Shown: one piece after another, positions 49,935-59,549 of the stretch
How the letters are laid out: the number at the start of each line of letters is the position of its first letter
Numbering within the stretch: the first letter of the stretch is position 1
From: a virus
Lineage: Duplodnaviria > Caudoviricetes
Reading direction: 5' to 3' (one strand)
Virus record (IMG/VR): IMGVR_UViG_3300028601_000021
Location: 32,001-96,000 of that record
DNA: 64,000 nucleotides
Position numbers and translations under genes: made by a program
The notes under the pieces: generated by a model
The model's input: only the letters and a program-made list of their open reading frames with translations
What the model was told of the DNA's origin: nothing
Database searches by the model: none

Positions 49935-51026
49935 TTAAGGTTTCCAATTAACAGTAGAAGCTTCTTCTTTGTTTCTAGCTATGATGTATTTAGCCATAGC
50001 TATAGCTGATTCCTTGGTATTCGTATAGGTCACGAATCCATTTCTGTGACAGTACTTCACATCGTCGATACCTGTATTCTCATAGATCTCCTTAGTCGAT
50101 AGACCTCTGATCTCTATAGGAGCAGGACAACGAAGACTAAAGCTACGACCAGGATGTACTGGTAGACTATGGATAGCCCAAGCTGCATCTTCTTCATCTT
50201 CTGAGGAAGAGATGATGAGCTGATACTTATCCAAGATATCCCATTTAGACCAGAGCATATCCTTCCAAGGTATATCCTGGGGTATAAAGAGATATTCTAC
50301 ATCATCACTGCTTTTACTGGTCTCTTCCAGATACTTTCCACCCACAGAGATCAATAGTTCTGTTTCTATATAGTTTCTGAACCATTGATAGGTAGAGAGT
50401 AGACAAGCTAAGAAATGCTTATTGTATTCCATAGGCATATTCTTAAATCTGTGTCTGGTAGGATTAGCATTTGCTATCATGTTACCGACAGCATTGGCCA
50501 CGCCTTCACTGGACAATTGACCGTTATCGGCATTATCTATCCTTTTGATAATCTCAGTGATTTTACCGTACACCTCATAAATAAGATTACCGTTTATAAA
50601 CACAGAGTCTACTGTACGGTCACAAATATCTTCTATGATATCTTGTCCGTATTTCAACCAAGTGAGACCAGCACTAGCATAGAGGGTACCGTCGGGATAA
50701 CAGATATCGAAATCATGCTGATGATGATCAAATCTGTTATTGACCGGATCATAGTACTGACCTACATCGATGACATAATCACCTTTAGTCTGCCAGTATC
50801 TATCTCTATTTCTGACGATATAGACTTTATCCTTATTCTTGAGTGGCCCAAGTAATAGCATAGCTATACCGAACACTTCATCGGCATGATGCCTACCTAG
50901 ATGAGTAACTATCAAAGGTAGGCTATCTGCTTCTTCGTTAGTGGGATTACTACCACAATACCAAGTCTTATCGTCTAATGTCAGTGTTACGGGAATCATC
51001 TTCTCCGTATATTTAGCCATATACAC
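49935..51026 (-). CDS. MYG1 family (DHH-type) exonuclease/phosphodiesterase
   Basis: VTH...HADEV, VRNRD, DYVIDVG..YDP...FDHHQ, YASAGL.W..YG, ID.ADNG and H..GF motifs. Confidence 0.9.
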   Translation of the reverse strand: MYMAKYTEKMIPVTLTLDDKTWYCGSNPTNEEADSLPLIVTHLGRHHADEVFGIAMLLLGPLKNKDKVYIVRNRDRYWQTKGDYVIDVGQYYDPVNNRFDHHQHDFDICYPDGTLYASAGLTWLKYGQDIIEDICDRTVDSVFINGNLIYEVYGKITEIIKRIDNADNGQLSSEGVANAVGNMIANANPTRHRFKNMPMEYNKHFLACLLSTYQWFRNYIETELLISVGGKYLEETSKSSDDVEYLFIPQDIPWKDMLWSKWDILDKYQLIISSSEDEEDAAWAIHSLPVHPGRSFSLRCPAPIEIRGLSTKEIYENTGIDDVKYCHRNGFVTYTNTKESAIAMAKYIIARNKEEASTVNWKP

Positions 51027-51042
51027 ACCTCTTTAATTTTAT

Positions 51043-51621
51043 TTATCGTAAAGTGCACTTAACTAACTTTCTCCCGTTTACAAATAAGGAATGGAACCAA
51101 GGAATATATTTTTCGACGACAGAAGTATCATCGAGGTATTTCCTACGTAATTCCAAATAGAAAGAAGTACCACTGGGTAAGGTTCGGTGACTTATGATGT
51201 ACTTCAATTTCTTATCCTTCCAATCATAGATTTCCTTATCCGTGATCTTTCTTTCGATGATTTCGTGTTCCTTCTTCTCCGTATTGAAATCGTTGATGTC
51301 ATGGTGGACACGGAGATGGATATCCAATACTTCGATATGGAATAACTGGATACCGAACAGCTTACTGTCATAATCGCCAGTGTCGATATGAGTGATATCG
51401 TGTTTGAGAAACCACAGTATCTTTTTCAATTCACCTGCTTTCAGTAGCGGGTATCTACCGATGTTAGGTAAGCAAATAGTAATGTCCGTATCACTACTAT
51501 CTAGATGATAACCAAATCTACGGCTACCACATAAAAAGACATGATCTTTATTACCGATGGATTCTTCCAACATACGCATGAACATACGTACTGGAGGTGT
51601 GAGATGTGGATATCGAGTCAT
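51043..51621 (-). CDS. Pol-beta superfamily nucleotidyltransferase-like protein, copy 3
   Basis: VFLCGSRRFGYHLDSSDTDITI; ATG overlaps the upstream TGA. Confidence 0.75.
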   Translation of the reverse strand: MTRYPHLTPPVRMFMRMLEESIGNKDHVFLCGSRRFGYHLDSSDTDITICLPNIGRYPLLKAGELKKILWFLKHDITHIDTGDYDSKLFGIQLFHIEVLDIHLRVHHDINDFNTEKKEHEIIERKITDKEIYDWKDKKLKYIISHRTLPSGTSFYLELRRKYLDDTSVVEKYIPWFHSLFVNGRKLVKCTLR

Positions 51622-52265
51622 CACATAAACTCCTTGGGATGATGTAAGTAAGAGGTGATCCACCAATAAAGACGACGTAATACATTGGGATTCTTATCCA
51701 CGTATTGTTCTTTTAAAGAGTTATAAATATTAGCTCCTTTGATAGGATAATCTGAAGGATCGTTCAACCTATAGTACTTGATCTTATCGATGATACGTTT
51801 ATGTACACGTCTTTGTACTAGCTCATGTACTGCCTTTTCCTTTTCAAAGGTATAGAGGTCTGTATGTACTCGTAGGTGTATATCAAAAGCAGGTATATGA
51901 AATACCTTTGCTCCAGTATACTCTGTATCCCATCTATGTTCGACACTATTATCCTCTACGAGCAGTTTATCTTTTTCTATACCTTTAGGATTTATACCCC
52001 GGATAAATTCAAATAAGTCTAAGTAGAGGAGATGTTCTACTGATAGCTTTTCATTACCTACAGTTTTGTAGTAGATAGTGATATCCAAATCACTGTCGGG
52101 TAGATAGTAACCGAATCTACGACTACCACATACGAATACAGCTTCGGTGCCTAATTCTTCCTGTAGGGATAGTGTTGTCAGTATCCTACCCATGTCACGA
52201 GGATTAGTACAGGTCATGGTGGATAGTTTATCGTATGCTTTTGTGACTTGACCTACTTTAAGCAT
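51621..52265 (-). CDS. Pol-beta superfamily nucleotidyltransferase-like protein, copy 2
   Basis: VFVCGSRRFGYYLPDSDLDITI. Confidence 0.75.
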   Translation of the reverse strand: MLKVGQVTKAYDKLSTMTCTNPRDMGRILTTLSLQEELGTEAVFVCGSRRFGYYLPDSDLDITIYYKTVGNEKLSVEHLLYLDLFEFIRGINPKGIEKDKLLVEDNSVEHRWDTEYTGAKVFHIPAFDIHLRVHTDLYTFEKEKAVHELVQRRVHKRIIDKIKYYRLNDPSDYPIKGANIYNSLKEQYVDKNPNVLRRLYWWITSYLHHPKEFM

Positions 52266-52861
52266 GATTTGTCCTTTTTGTTAAAGAACCCAAAGAGTAA
52301 ACCACCCCAGTCTTTAAACCTAGCTATGGCTTTATCCTTGTATTTGTTCTTCAGGATATCGATAGCAGCCTTTCCATTATAAGGTTTTCCTTCTATCCTG
52401 AGATCTATTATATCAGATATATCGCTATCACTGATACATTTATCTATGAGCTCAAGTAGCTCCTTTTCTTTATTAAAGAGACGGAGACTATTGTAAACAC
52501 GGATATGTAAACGATGTAAAGGTAAATGAAAATAAGCTACGCCTTCATCGTTCGGAAGAAAGTCATCTAGATATTCTTCTTGTACAGTACGTAGAGTGAT
52601 TGTTTCCCAACTCGACATGTGCATTTGGAAACTTCTAAAATCAAAAGCATCCTGTAAAAGATTTAAGATATCGTGCATCTGACATCTATCGCCTGTGTTC
52701 ATATAAATAGTAATATCAGTCTCACTTTCAGGTAAGTGATACCCGAATCTACGACTACCATGAACGAATAGATGTTCCATTGGATTAACTAATTCTAATT
52801 GCAGTCCACTGATAACTGAAGCCGTATCTTTCGGTACGTACATAAATATATCTCTACTCAT
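52253..52861 (-). CDS. Pol-beta superfamily nucleotidyltransferase-like protein, copy 1
   Basis: LFVHGSRRFGYHLPESETDITI; AGGAGG RBS. Confidence 0.7.
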   Translation of the reverse strand: MSRDIFMYVPKDTASVISGLQLELVNPMEHLFVHGSRRFGYHLPESETDITIYMNTGDRCQMHDILNLLQDAFDFRSFQMHMSSWETITLRTVQEEYLDDFLPNDEGVAYFHLPLHRLHIRVYNSLRLFNKEKELLELIDKCISDSDISDIIDLRIEGKPYNGKAAIDILKNKYKDKAIARFKDWGGLLFGFFNKKDKSCLK

Positions 52862-52917
52862 AAATACCTCCTTGATAAAGAGTAATGGCTTATATAAGGT
52901 TTGTTAAATATAACTTC

Positions 52918-52935
52918 TCATTTTAGTAATATATA
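52918..52935 (-). promoter_or_regulatory. early promoter motif
   Basis: TCAT-ttta-GTAATATATA. Confidence 0.65.
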
Positions 52936-53027
52936 CTTAAAGTAAAGATGATAGACCACTCTATAAATACACAACGTAGCGATCCTATGTCTACCTTATA
53001 AATTTACTACCTATAAAGGATACACGT

Positions 53028-54362
53028 ATGTCCTCTACTATCAAAGCTTTATTAGAGAAAGAATTCCCTATAACGATCACTAAAGCTGTATTCCAGAATC
53101 TTATCCGTTATCTTATCATGTTTGAAACTAGGGATAAGAACGCTTTAGCACTTAACTCTCCTTACTTAGGAGTCATCCCAGTATTCTTTACTAATCAAGA
53201 TCAAGATATGTTCTTCGATATCTTTAATACCAGTGGTAAAGAATTCAATAAGTATCTTAAGAATAATAAGTTTGATAATTTGGTCATGGGTCTACAACGT
53301 GGTGAGTTAAAGAAACTCATCATAAAGCTAGATGCCGTCGATAGTGCTAGAAAGGTACAGTCTGATCCATTCAACATCTTTATTACTTACGTAGTGCATA
53401 AGATTCATACTTCTTCAACTAAGTCTATCGGTATTTCTGATAAAGAGAAAGAGACTTTACTACTTACAGTATTTAAGATCTTTCAGTATAAGTTCTTTAC
53501 TAGCTTAGTGAATCATCGCTTTAGGTATAAAGCAGATGAAGGTGTGATGCAAGCTACCGTCAATGGCTTATCTAATAAGTTTGCTATTACTAAGTATGGT
53601 ACTTGGAAGAAAGTCATCGAAGTACGTGCAGAAGAACTCATCTCTAACGATAGCATCCACAAGGACACTATCGCTAAGTATGATGACGATGGTAAGATCC
53701 TTTACCTTATCACTGATATCCAGACTAGGATACGTAATCAGATCAATATCGTTACTTCAGCTTATTATGTCAAGAAAGAACAACATGATGAAGTAGCTAG
53801 TTATGGTATCACTGGTAATGATATCGAAGGTGAGAAGATAGTAGTTAATCAAGTATCTGTATTTGACAGTATGACTTCTAATCTCACTAATGAGATGATG
53901 TCTGTCCATCAGTTCATTACACCAGAGTTAATTACCTTGATGTGTAAGATGCATACTAATATCCGATATGACTTGTTTAAGTCTGTATTGATAAAGTTCT
54001 CTGAAAAAGCCTTATTGCAGGCTAGAGCTAAAACTACGGATAAAGGATTAGATGAAGTACAGACGATTAACAATCAGGATACTTATTTAGGACTACGTAT
54101 TTTCGTAGCTAAAACTATCCAGAAATCGTACAGATATTGCATCCAAAACAACGTAAATATGAATAGCAAGGTAGAGATACTGAAGGCTATAAAAGACGTA
54201 TATAGCAGCTCACGTATCAACGATCCTAACATCCTTTCCATTAGAGATAGCGCTGCTGTATTTATCGATGGTTGTAATATTAGTCGTAGACCAGCTACAG
54301 TCACTTCATTAAAGATAGCCCTTATCCTTTACATCATCGTAAAATCCTTTAGATATCTGTAG
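53028..54362 (+). CDS. conserved phiKZ-like virion structural protein
   Basis: SDPFN, YKFFTSL...F.Y.AD and L..KF.I.KYG.W.......A......SIH blocks recalled from phiKZ-like virion proteins. Confidence 0.55.
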   Translation: MSSTIKALLEKEFPITITKAVFQNLIRYLIMFETRDKNALALNSPYLGVIPVFFTNQDQDMFFDIFNTSGKEFNKYLKNNKFDNLVMGLQRGELKKLIIKLDAVDSARKVQSDPFNIFITYVVHKIHTSSTKSIGISDKEKETLLLTVFKIFQYKFFTSLVNHRFRYKADEGVMQATVNGLSNKFAITKYGTWKKVIEVRAEELISNDSIHKDTIAKYDDDGKILYLITDIQTRIRNQINIVTSAYYVKKEQHDEVASYGITGNDIEGEKIVVNQVSVFDSMTSNLTNEMMSVHQFITPELITLMCKMHTNIRYDLFKSVLIKFSEKALLQARAKTTDKGLDEVQTINNQDTYLGLRIFVAKTIQKSYRYCIQNNVNMNSKVEILKAIKDVYSSSRINDPNILSIRDSAAVFIDGCNISRRPATVTSLKIALILYIIVKSFRYL

Positions 54363-54369
54363 GTCAATT

Positions 54370-54708
54370 ATGGTAGATACAAGTAACCTCCCCATAGGTA
54401 CAAAGACTCCTCCTACTGTAGAAGTACCTTCTACTCCAGCTTTACCTGAAGTCATAGTCAGTGCTGCTATCATGAATAGAACCGGTAGTGTCATCTGTGG
54501 TGCTAGACATTATGATAGATTCATGCATGAGCAATTAGATACTACTTCTGGTGATTGGGGTAGAAAGGATATCGTGCAAGGATTCATCACTAACAAGAAT
54601 AGATTTGTGGATAGAGTAGAAGGACTAGCTATTGCCACTGCACAGAAACAAATCAAACGTATGGTAGGTGGTGGTGACGTACGTCTCTATAGTGAAATGC
54701 TTTATTGA
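54370..54708 (+). CDS. conserved phage hypothetical protein
   Basis: IVSAAI, CGARH.D, QGFI....F.DR.E...IA and LYSE.LY pattern. Confidence 0.65.
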   Translation: MVDTSNLPIGTKTPPTVEVPSTPALPEVIVSAAIMNRTGSVICGARHYDRFMHEQLDTTSGDWGRKDIVQGFITNKNRFVDRVEGLAIATAQKQIKRMVGGGDVRLYSEMLY

Positions 54709-54724
54709 CCATAGGTGGTGATAT

Positions 54725-55198
54725 ATGAATTTTGTAGCCGGTATGGAAAAAATACGTATGATCTTCAGTGAAGATGCCCATACGTTTGGTTATGAAGGAA
54801 AGCATTACGACGTGAACTACTTAATCGATTACGTCACTAGTAATAAAGATATAGTAGCTAAACCTATAAAGAACCCTATCGATCGTATTATAGATACAGA
54901 TATCCAAACCACTTGGGGTTCACTTAAATTGAACAAGGGTAGTGATCCTACACCACTACCGATAACATTCAAGAATTTGTTATCGCACATAAATAGAATC
55001 AATAGATCTAATTATCAGAAATATCCTATTGTTGTATTGATGGAATTCAATTCAGATAAAATGCGTATTTTAGATGGGGTACATCGAATACTCAAAGCTG
55101 AATTAGATGGTAAATCTATGATACCAGCATACTCGTTAACCACAGAGAACATGGTTGAATTTACTTCTAAGTATTCATCTTCTGCGAAATGGTCCTGA
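54725..55198 (+). CDS. ParB/Srx-like domain protein
   Basis: YPIVV....RILDGVHRILKA. Confidence 0.7.
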   Translation: MNFVAGMEKIRMIFSEDAHTFGYEGKHYDVNYLIDYVTSNKDIVAKPIKNPIDRIIDTDIQTTWGSLKLNKGSDPTPLPITFKNLLSHINRINRSNYQKYPIVVLMEFNSDKMRILDGVHRILKAELDGKSMIPAYSLTTENMVEFTSKYSSSAKWS

Positions 55199-55262
55199 AT
55201 TACAGTTATTGAAATATACTACCACAGTAGCTTTAGTAGCTACTGTGGTAGTATACCTATAT

Positions 55263-55823
55263 TTAATTAAAACAACGCTGCTTTAACCAACCCTTATAAT
55301 ACTTACGTTTTACAGGGTTTTCTAAAGTACGCATTAGATAATAATGAGCCTGTTCCATATTCATAGCTTTAGTGACGAATTCACCATGACCTTTAGCTAC
55401 TACTTCTAATAGTCTACCTCTAGTATCCTTACCATATCCACCATCGGTATCTAGATCTTTACCAAATTCATTCTTATAATTAAGAGCATTCAGTACTGTC
55501 TGAAGATTAGTAGTCATCGCAAAAGGACCTGGATTCACTATCTGGTCGAACATCTCTTCAGCTAATTCGATAGGGAGAGTAGATAAGCTATACTTGTTCC
55601 ACAACACATGATAGAAATCTACTACTGCTTCCAGTAAAGGACTACCTGTATTCAAAGAAGTATGGCCTTTAGCAATCAGATCCCATCCAGACCAGGTGGG
55701 GTGATTGGGTTTTGATATACCACAACAACTAAGACCACCTGGGTCATCAGGATCATTAGTCAACACCAGTCCTTCTATCCGTAACATCTTAATTATAGCT
55801 GCGTATACTTCGGGTTCTATCAT
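55263..55823 (-). CDS. glycoside hydrolase family 108 endolysin
   Basis: EG...NDPDDPGG...GI, FD..VN.G, DG.YG.DT and Y.KGW..R motifs; AGGAG RBS before ATG 55823. Confidence 0.85.
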   Translation of the reverse strand: MIEPEVYAAIIKMLRIEGLVLTNDPDDPGGLSCCGISKPNHPTWSGWDLIAKGHTSLNTGSPLLEAVVDFYHVLWNKYSLSTLPIELAEEMFDQIVNPGPFAMTTNLQTVLNALNYKNEFGKDLDTDGGYGKDTRGRLLEVVAKGHGEFVTKAMNMEQAHYYLMRTLENPVKRKYYKGWLKQRCFN

Positions 55824-55944
55824 GTTTATTCTCCTATAGGTGAAATGGATGTGTGCTATAGCATGAGTATACGACAAAAAATAAATTAATCTATTACTCC
55901 ATGTAGGGATAGGTAGCTATTGTAGCTACCTATCCCTGAAATGA

Positions 55945-56145
55945 TTACTTGACGTATACGCTGTAAAGATGACCGCAATCTGCCCAGTACAGGGCGATCG
56001 CATTATGTATCCGGAATATGGATACTTGGTCTTCCTCGTGGATCTTGGTGGTAATAACTTCTGCGGTATTGTCACCAACCGGCTGGTTGATGATACGACC
56101 AGCTTCCACCAGAGCATTGTATTCTTCCGTGGTCATGGGTGTCAC
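55945..56145 (-). CDS. small hypothetical protein
   Basis: GTG start overlaps (GTGA) the stop of a 26-codon ORF at 56142-56222 that has an AAGGAG RBS. Confidence 0.45.
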   Translation of the reverse strand: MTPMTTEEYNALVEAGRIINQPVGDNTAEVITTKIHEEDQVSIFRIHNAIALYWADCGHLYSVYVK

Positions 56146-56239
56146 GGTATCACTTCCCTGACATCGGTCCCAGTGAACATAAGGATTCGACCATCTTGGA
56201 ACAATTCATAAGATGTGTCCATGGTAATTCTCCTTCTAT

Positions 56240-56533
56240 TCAAAGTTTGCGAATGAGGGACATTGCCACCCCAACAGGCTTTGTGGTACTACCTGATAGA
56301 TAGGCAGCTATCCTGCCCCTGAGGAGTTCTATATCCTTCTTGGTCATCCACATTATCTTACTGTCGTGCACACCAGCATACACCAACTGATGGTGGTCCA
56401 ATATCTTCTTTGCCGCAGGGGTGAGTTCCCGTGTGTCAGAGGATACTAGATTCAATCCACCGAACATTAAGTCGTCAGCCTTAATGAGTATGAGTTCCGG
56501 CCAAACGACATTAATGTATTCTATCAACTCCAT
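56240..56533 (-). CDS. hypothetical protein
   Basis: AAGGAG RBS. Confidence 0.6.
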   Translation of the reverse strand: MELIEYINVVWPELILIKADDLMFGGLNLVSSDTRELTPAAKKILDHHQLVYAGVHDSKIMWMTKKDIELLRGRIAAYLSGSTTKPVGVAMSLIRKL

Positions 56534-56593
56534 GATGATTCTCCTTTGAGATGAAACTGGTATATTTACTAAAGATGGCAGCGATTAGATCTT

Positions 56594-57412
56594 CTACTCT
56601 TCTTTCTGCCCAGAGCTTTTCATCTCAGTCAGACTGATGGTTACTGATTCCTTCTTAGGATTGTGCTCCACCACGACTAGACCGACCACTCCCTCATGGG
56701 AGTAGAGGTGGCTTACAAACTGCGTCGACTGACGCAGGATGACATCGCCTTCGATGGATCGGAAGTTGTCGGCTTCCAATTGTGCCTTTGCTGCTACCAA
56801 GTTGCGTCCTGCTTGTGACAGAGCCTTATACTCCTTGTTGAGCTCGTCGCCCTCAATAAGAAGATTGATGACCCTGATAGCTTCTTCGAAGAAGTCAGTG
56901 ACGTCCTGTACAGACCCGTCCCTCGGAGGGAAGAGACGATTGGCTTCACTCCAGACCCAAAAGCCATGGAGCGAATCGATTACGTCGTCCCACTCGCAGT
57001 CGAAGAAATGTCCATCGGGGTTGAGCTCCGACAGATATTGAGACTCAAATGTGGATTCGCGCCACAATTGATTATTGATCTCTTCGAGCTTATGGACGCC
57101 ACGGATGTCCACTAGCGCAACCACCGTCCAGAAGAGATCGTGGCCCTTTTCCTTCAGGTTGAGGACCCTGAGGACACCACCGAGGGTGTCCAGATCAAAG
57201 TGACTGACGCCGATGACATCCACTTCGATGCCCAGGTTGTCGCCCAGGCACGGACATGGGTTGGACGATCTCTCGCCATGGTGGGCGAGAGTGGCTACGG
57301 AACCTTCGACCACTACAGAACCGTATTCCGCCTCGACAGTGGCGGTATGGGAAAAGTTGGAGAGATGTGCAGTCAGGGACTCGGGATTGGAAGAAATGAA
57401 AATCTTGGTCAT
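56594..57412 (-). CDS. DHH-like phosphoesterase candidate
   Basis: TVEAE, LAHHG, SHFDLDTLGG and VD.RG motifs; AAGGAG RBS; locally GC-rich. Confidence 0.5.
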   Translation of the reverse strand: MTKIFISSNPESLTAHLSNFSHTATVEAEYGSVVVEGSVATLAHHGERSSNPCPCLGDNLGIEVDVIGVSHFDLDTLGGVLRVLNLKEKGHDLFWTVVALVDIRGVHKLEEINNQLWRESTFESQYLSELNPDGHFFDCEWDDVIDSLHGFWVWSEANRLFPPRDGSVQDVTDFFEEAIRVINLLIEGDELNKEYKALSQAGRNLVAAKAQLEADNFRSIEGDVILRQSTQFVSHLYSHEGVVGLVVVEHNPKKESVTISLTEMKSSGQKEE

Positions 57413-57633
57413 GATATACTCCTTAGTGTATTGAAATTTGTTTTACTACTTTTATTCACCAGAAGTATAACTGGTTTATCGGATAGGTACTAAAGCATTA
57501 TACGTAGTTTACGCATCGTACTTCACTTAATTAATATATATGTACAAATAGATTGACCAGCACTTTGTACATATATACAAATAGGCACTTTGGTATGTCG
57601 ATTTATATCCCCATTAAAGATAGGAGTCTATTT

Positions 57634-58491
57634 ATGAAACTAGTATTGAATCCCGATAAGCTACCTAGGATCACTGCTCTTTCCGATAATGCTAAAGTGG
57701 TATTAGATAAGAGATACATCATTAAAGATAAAGAAGGTAACCCTCTCGAAACATATGAACAGCTTTTCTATCGTGTTGCTAAAACAACAGCCGAAGTAGA
57801 AAGAAACTATGTGGATGGAAAAGTAGATATCGATAGACTGATGATCGATTTCTATTATCTGATGGCCAATATGGAATTCTTGCCTAACTCACCCACCCTC
57901 ATGAATGCAGGTAAACCCGATGGTCAGTTGTCTGCCTGTTTCGTACTTCCTGTCCACGACAATATGGAATCTATTTTCGATACATTGAAACATACTGCTC
58001 TCATCCATAAGTCCGGTGGTGGTACTGGATTTGATTTCAGTGAACTACGCCCTAAGAATGATTCCGTAGGTACTACCGGTGGTATCGCTAGCGGACCTCT
58101 TTCTTTCATCAGTATTTACGATGCAGCTACTGAACAGGTCAAACAAGGTGGTAAACGTAGAGGTGCTAACATGGGCATCCTACGTATCGATCACCCTGAT
58201 ATCATGGAATTCATTCATGCTAAAGAAGAAGATGGTAAGTTCAGTAACTTTAACTTCTCCGTAGCTATCACTGATAAGTTCATGGAAGCAGTAAAGGCTG
58301 GTAGTACTTACGATCTAGTATCTCCTGTAGATGGTCATGTAGTCCAGACCATGGATGCTAAAGAAGTATATACCATCGTCGTGGATAAAGCTTGGCGTAG
58401 TGGCGATCCTGGTATTGTATTTATTAAATATACCACTACAGTACTTGTAATAGGTACTGTAGTGGTATATGGGTTAACTGTAAATAGGTGA
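57634..58491 (+). pseudogene. nrdJ: N-terminal 264 aa of a class II (B12-dependent) ribonucleotide reductase, truncated or split
   Basis: FLPNSPTLMNAG, GQLSACFV, SGGGTGFDFS.LRP, QGGKRRGANM, HPDI.EFI, SNFN.SV, AW.SGDPGIVFI; the frame then runs into a hairpin with no NPCGE motif. Confidence 0.8.
58428..58470. terminator. 18-bp inverted repeat at the nrdJ breakpoint
   Basis: ATATACCACTACAGTACT-tgtaata-GGTACTGTAGTGGTATAT. Confidence 0.75.
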
Positions 58492-58800
58492 TACTCGATG
58501 CATGATGTCAGTCATCATTTCAGTAAGAGTAGTTTTATTTACTGCTGGTAAATACAGCAGCTTATTGAAGATCCTATCCTTAAGAAATACTCTGACGTCA
58601 TTGTCCACATCAGCCTTTATAATCTGTGCTCTTTCTTTGGGTAATCTATACACCAATACCTTAGTATCTTCTGGTACATCGATAGATTCATATGAACCTA
58701 ACAACAAGTCATTAGTATTCAACTTGTCCATATACCACTTTAAGGTAAAGTTATGTATGAATATACGTAGAGCAGCATCTGAGACAGTATCGTCTACCAT
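58474..58800 (-). CDS. hypothetical early protein
   Basis: GGAGG RBS. Confidence 0.6.
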   Translation of the reverse strand: MVDDTVSDAALRIFIHNFTLKWYMDKLNTNDLLLGSYESIDVPEDTKVLVYRLPKERAQIIKADVDNDVRVFLKDRIFNKLLYLPAVNKTTLTEMMTDIMHRVSPIYS

Positions 58801-58813
58801 AACATTACCTCCT

Positions 58814-59500
58814 CTAGTCTTGTGACGGTGTGATCCTAGCGTACGAAATTCCGTACATCTCTATAAGATGTTTGGGAGTTACCGTCATTTCGTAAATAGT
58901 ACCTGGTGTGTAGATATCTTCATCGTTGATGTCTGCTTTTATTTCATCTGTAATAAAGCAAGAACTACGATCATTGGCTTTAGGAAGAGAACCGATATCG
59001 TATCTCAATACGGAATACGGAGCATCTTTATACATCTTGTGAATGGTGAGATAATGATCACAAGAGACCGGATTTATGACACCTTCCGCATTTTCATCCA
59101 CAGTAGCTCTGCAATTGATATGATTGACTACACCATCTTCATTCATACCAGCTACTTGGATGTACAACTTTATAGGTATTTCCATATCTACAGTAAGAGG
59201 TAACAGATCAGTGAAGCCCAACAAGTCTGTGGTGTAGAAGTATCTACAATTCTTATTATTGAGATTACCGGGAAAATATTCTTTCCATTGTGCAGTGATG
59301 ATCATAGCTTCGATCATGTCAGTTGAACTACCGACCATCATAGCTTGAAATCTATTCTTGTTTCCGAATAGAAGAGTTTTAGCAAAGAGTTCCCATTGAC
59401 CAGGACCTTTGAGATGAGTGTTCTTTACAGCTAGTGCTACTTCTATATTAGCAGGTGTTTTCAATTCATAGATTAATTCTATCGTAGGTGTTTTATCCAT
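58814..59500 (-). CDS. hypothetical early protein
   Basis: AGGAG RBS; early motif at 59558. Confidence 0.6.
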   Translation of the reverse strand: MDKTPTIELIYELKTPANIEVALAVKNTHLKGPGQWELFAKTLLFGNKNRFQAMMVGSSTDMIEAMIITAQWKEYFPGNLNNKNCRYFYTTDLLGFTDLLPLTVDMEIPIKLYIQVAGMNEDGVVNHINCRATVDENAEGVINPVSCDHYLTIHKMYKDAPYSVLRYDIGSLPKANDRSSCFITDEIKADINDEDIYTPGTIYEMTVTPKHLIEMYGISYARITPSQD

Positions 59501-59549
59501 GTAGACAGTACTCCTTTTTGATAAGATATTTTAGTGGATGTAATAATTA

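Noticed and set aside
56142-56222. Programmed frameshift joining a 26-codon ORF to 55945-56145
   Set aside because: An ordinary GTGA stop/start coupling explains it and there is no slippery heptamer; a single-base indel cannot be excluded.
58426-58491. Split intein or trans-splicing intron at the nrdJ break
   Set aside because: There is no Cys/Ser intein block A, and no convincing P1 with a U-G pair or group II GUGYG start.
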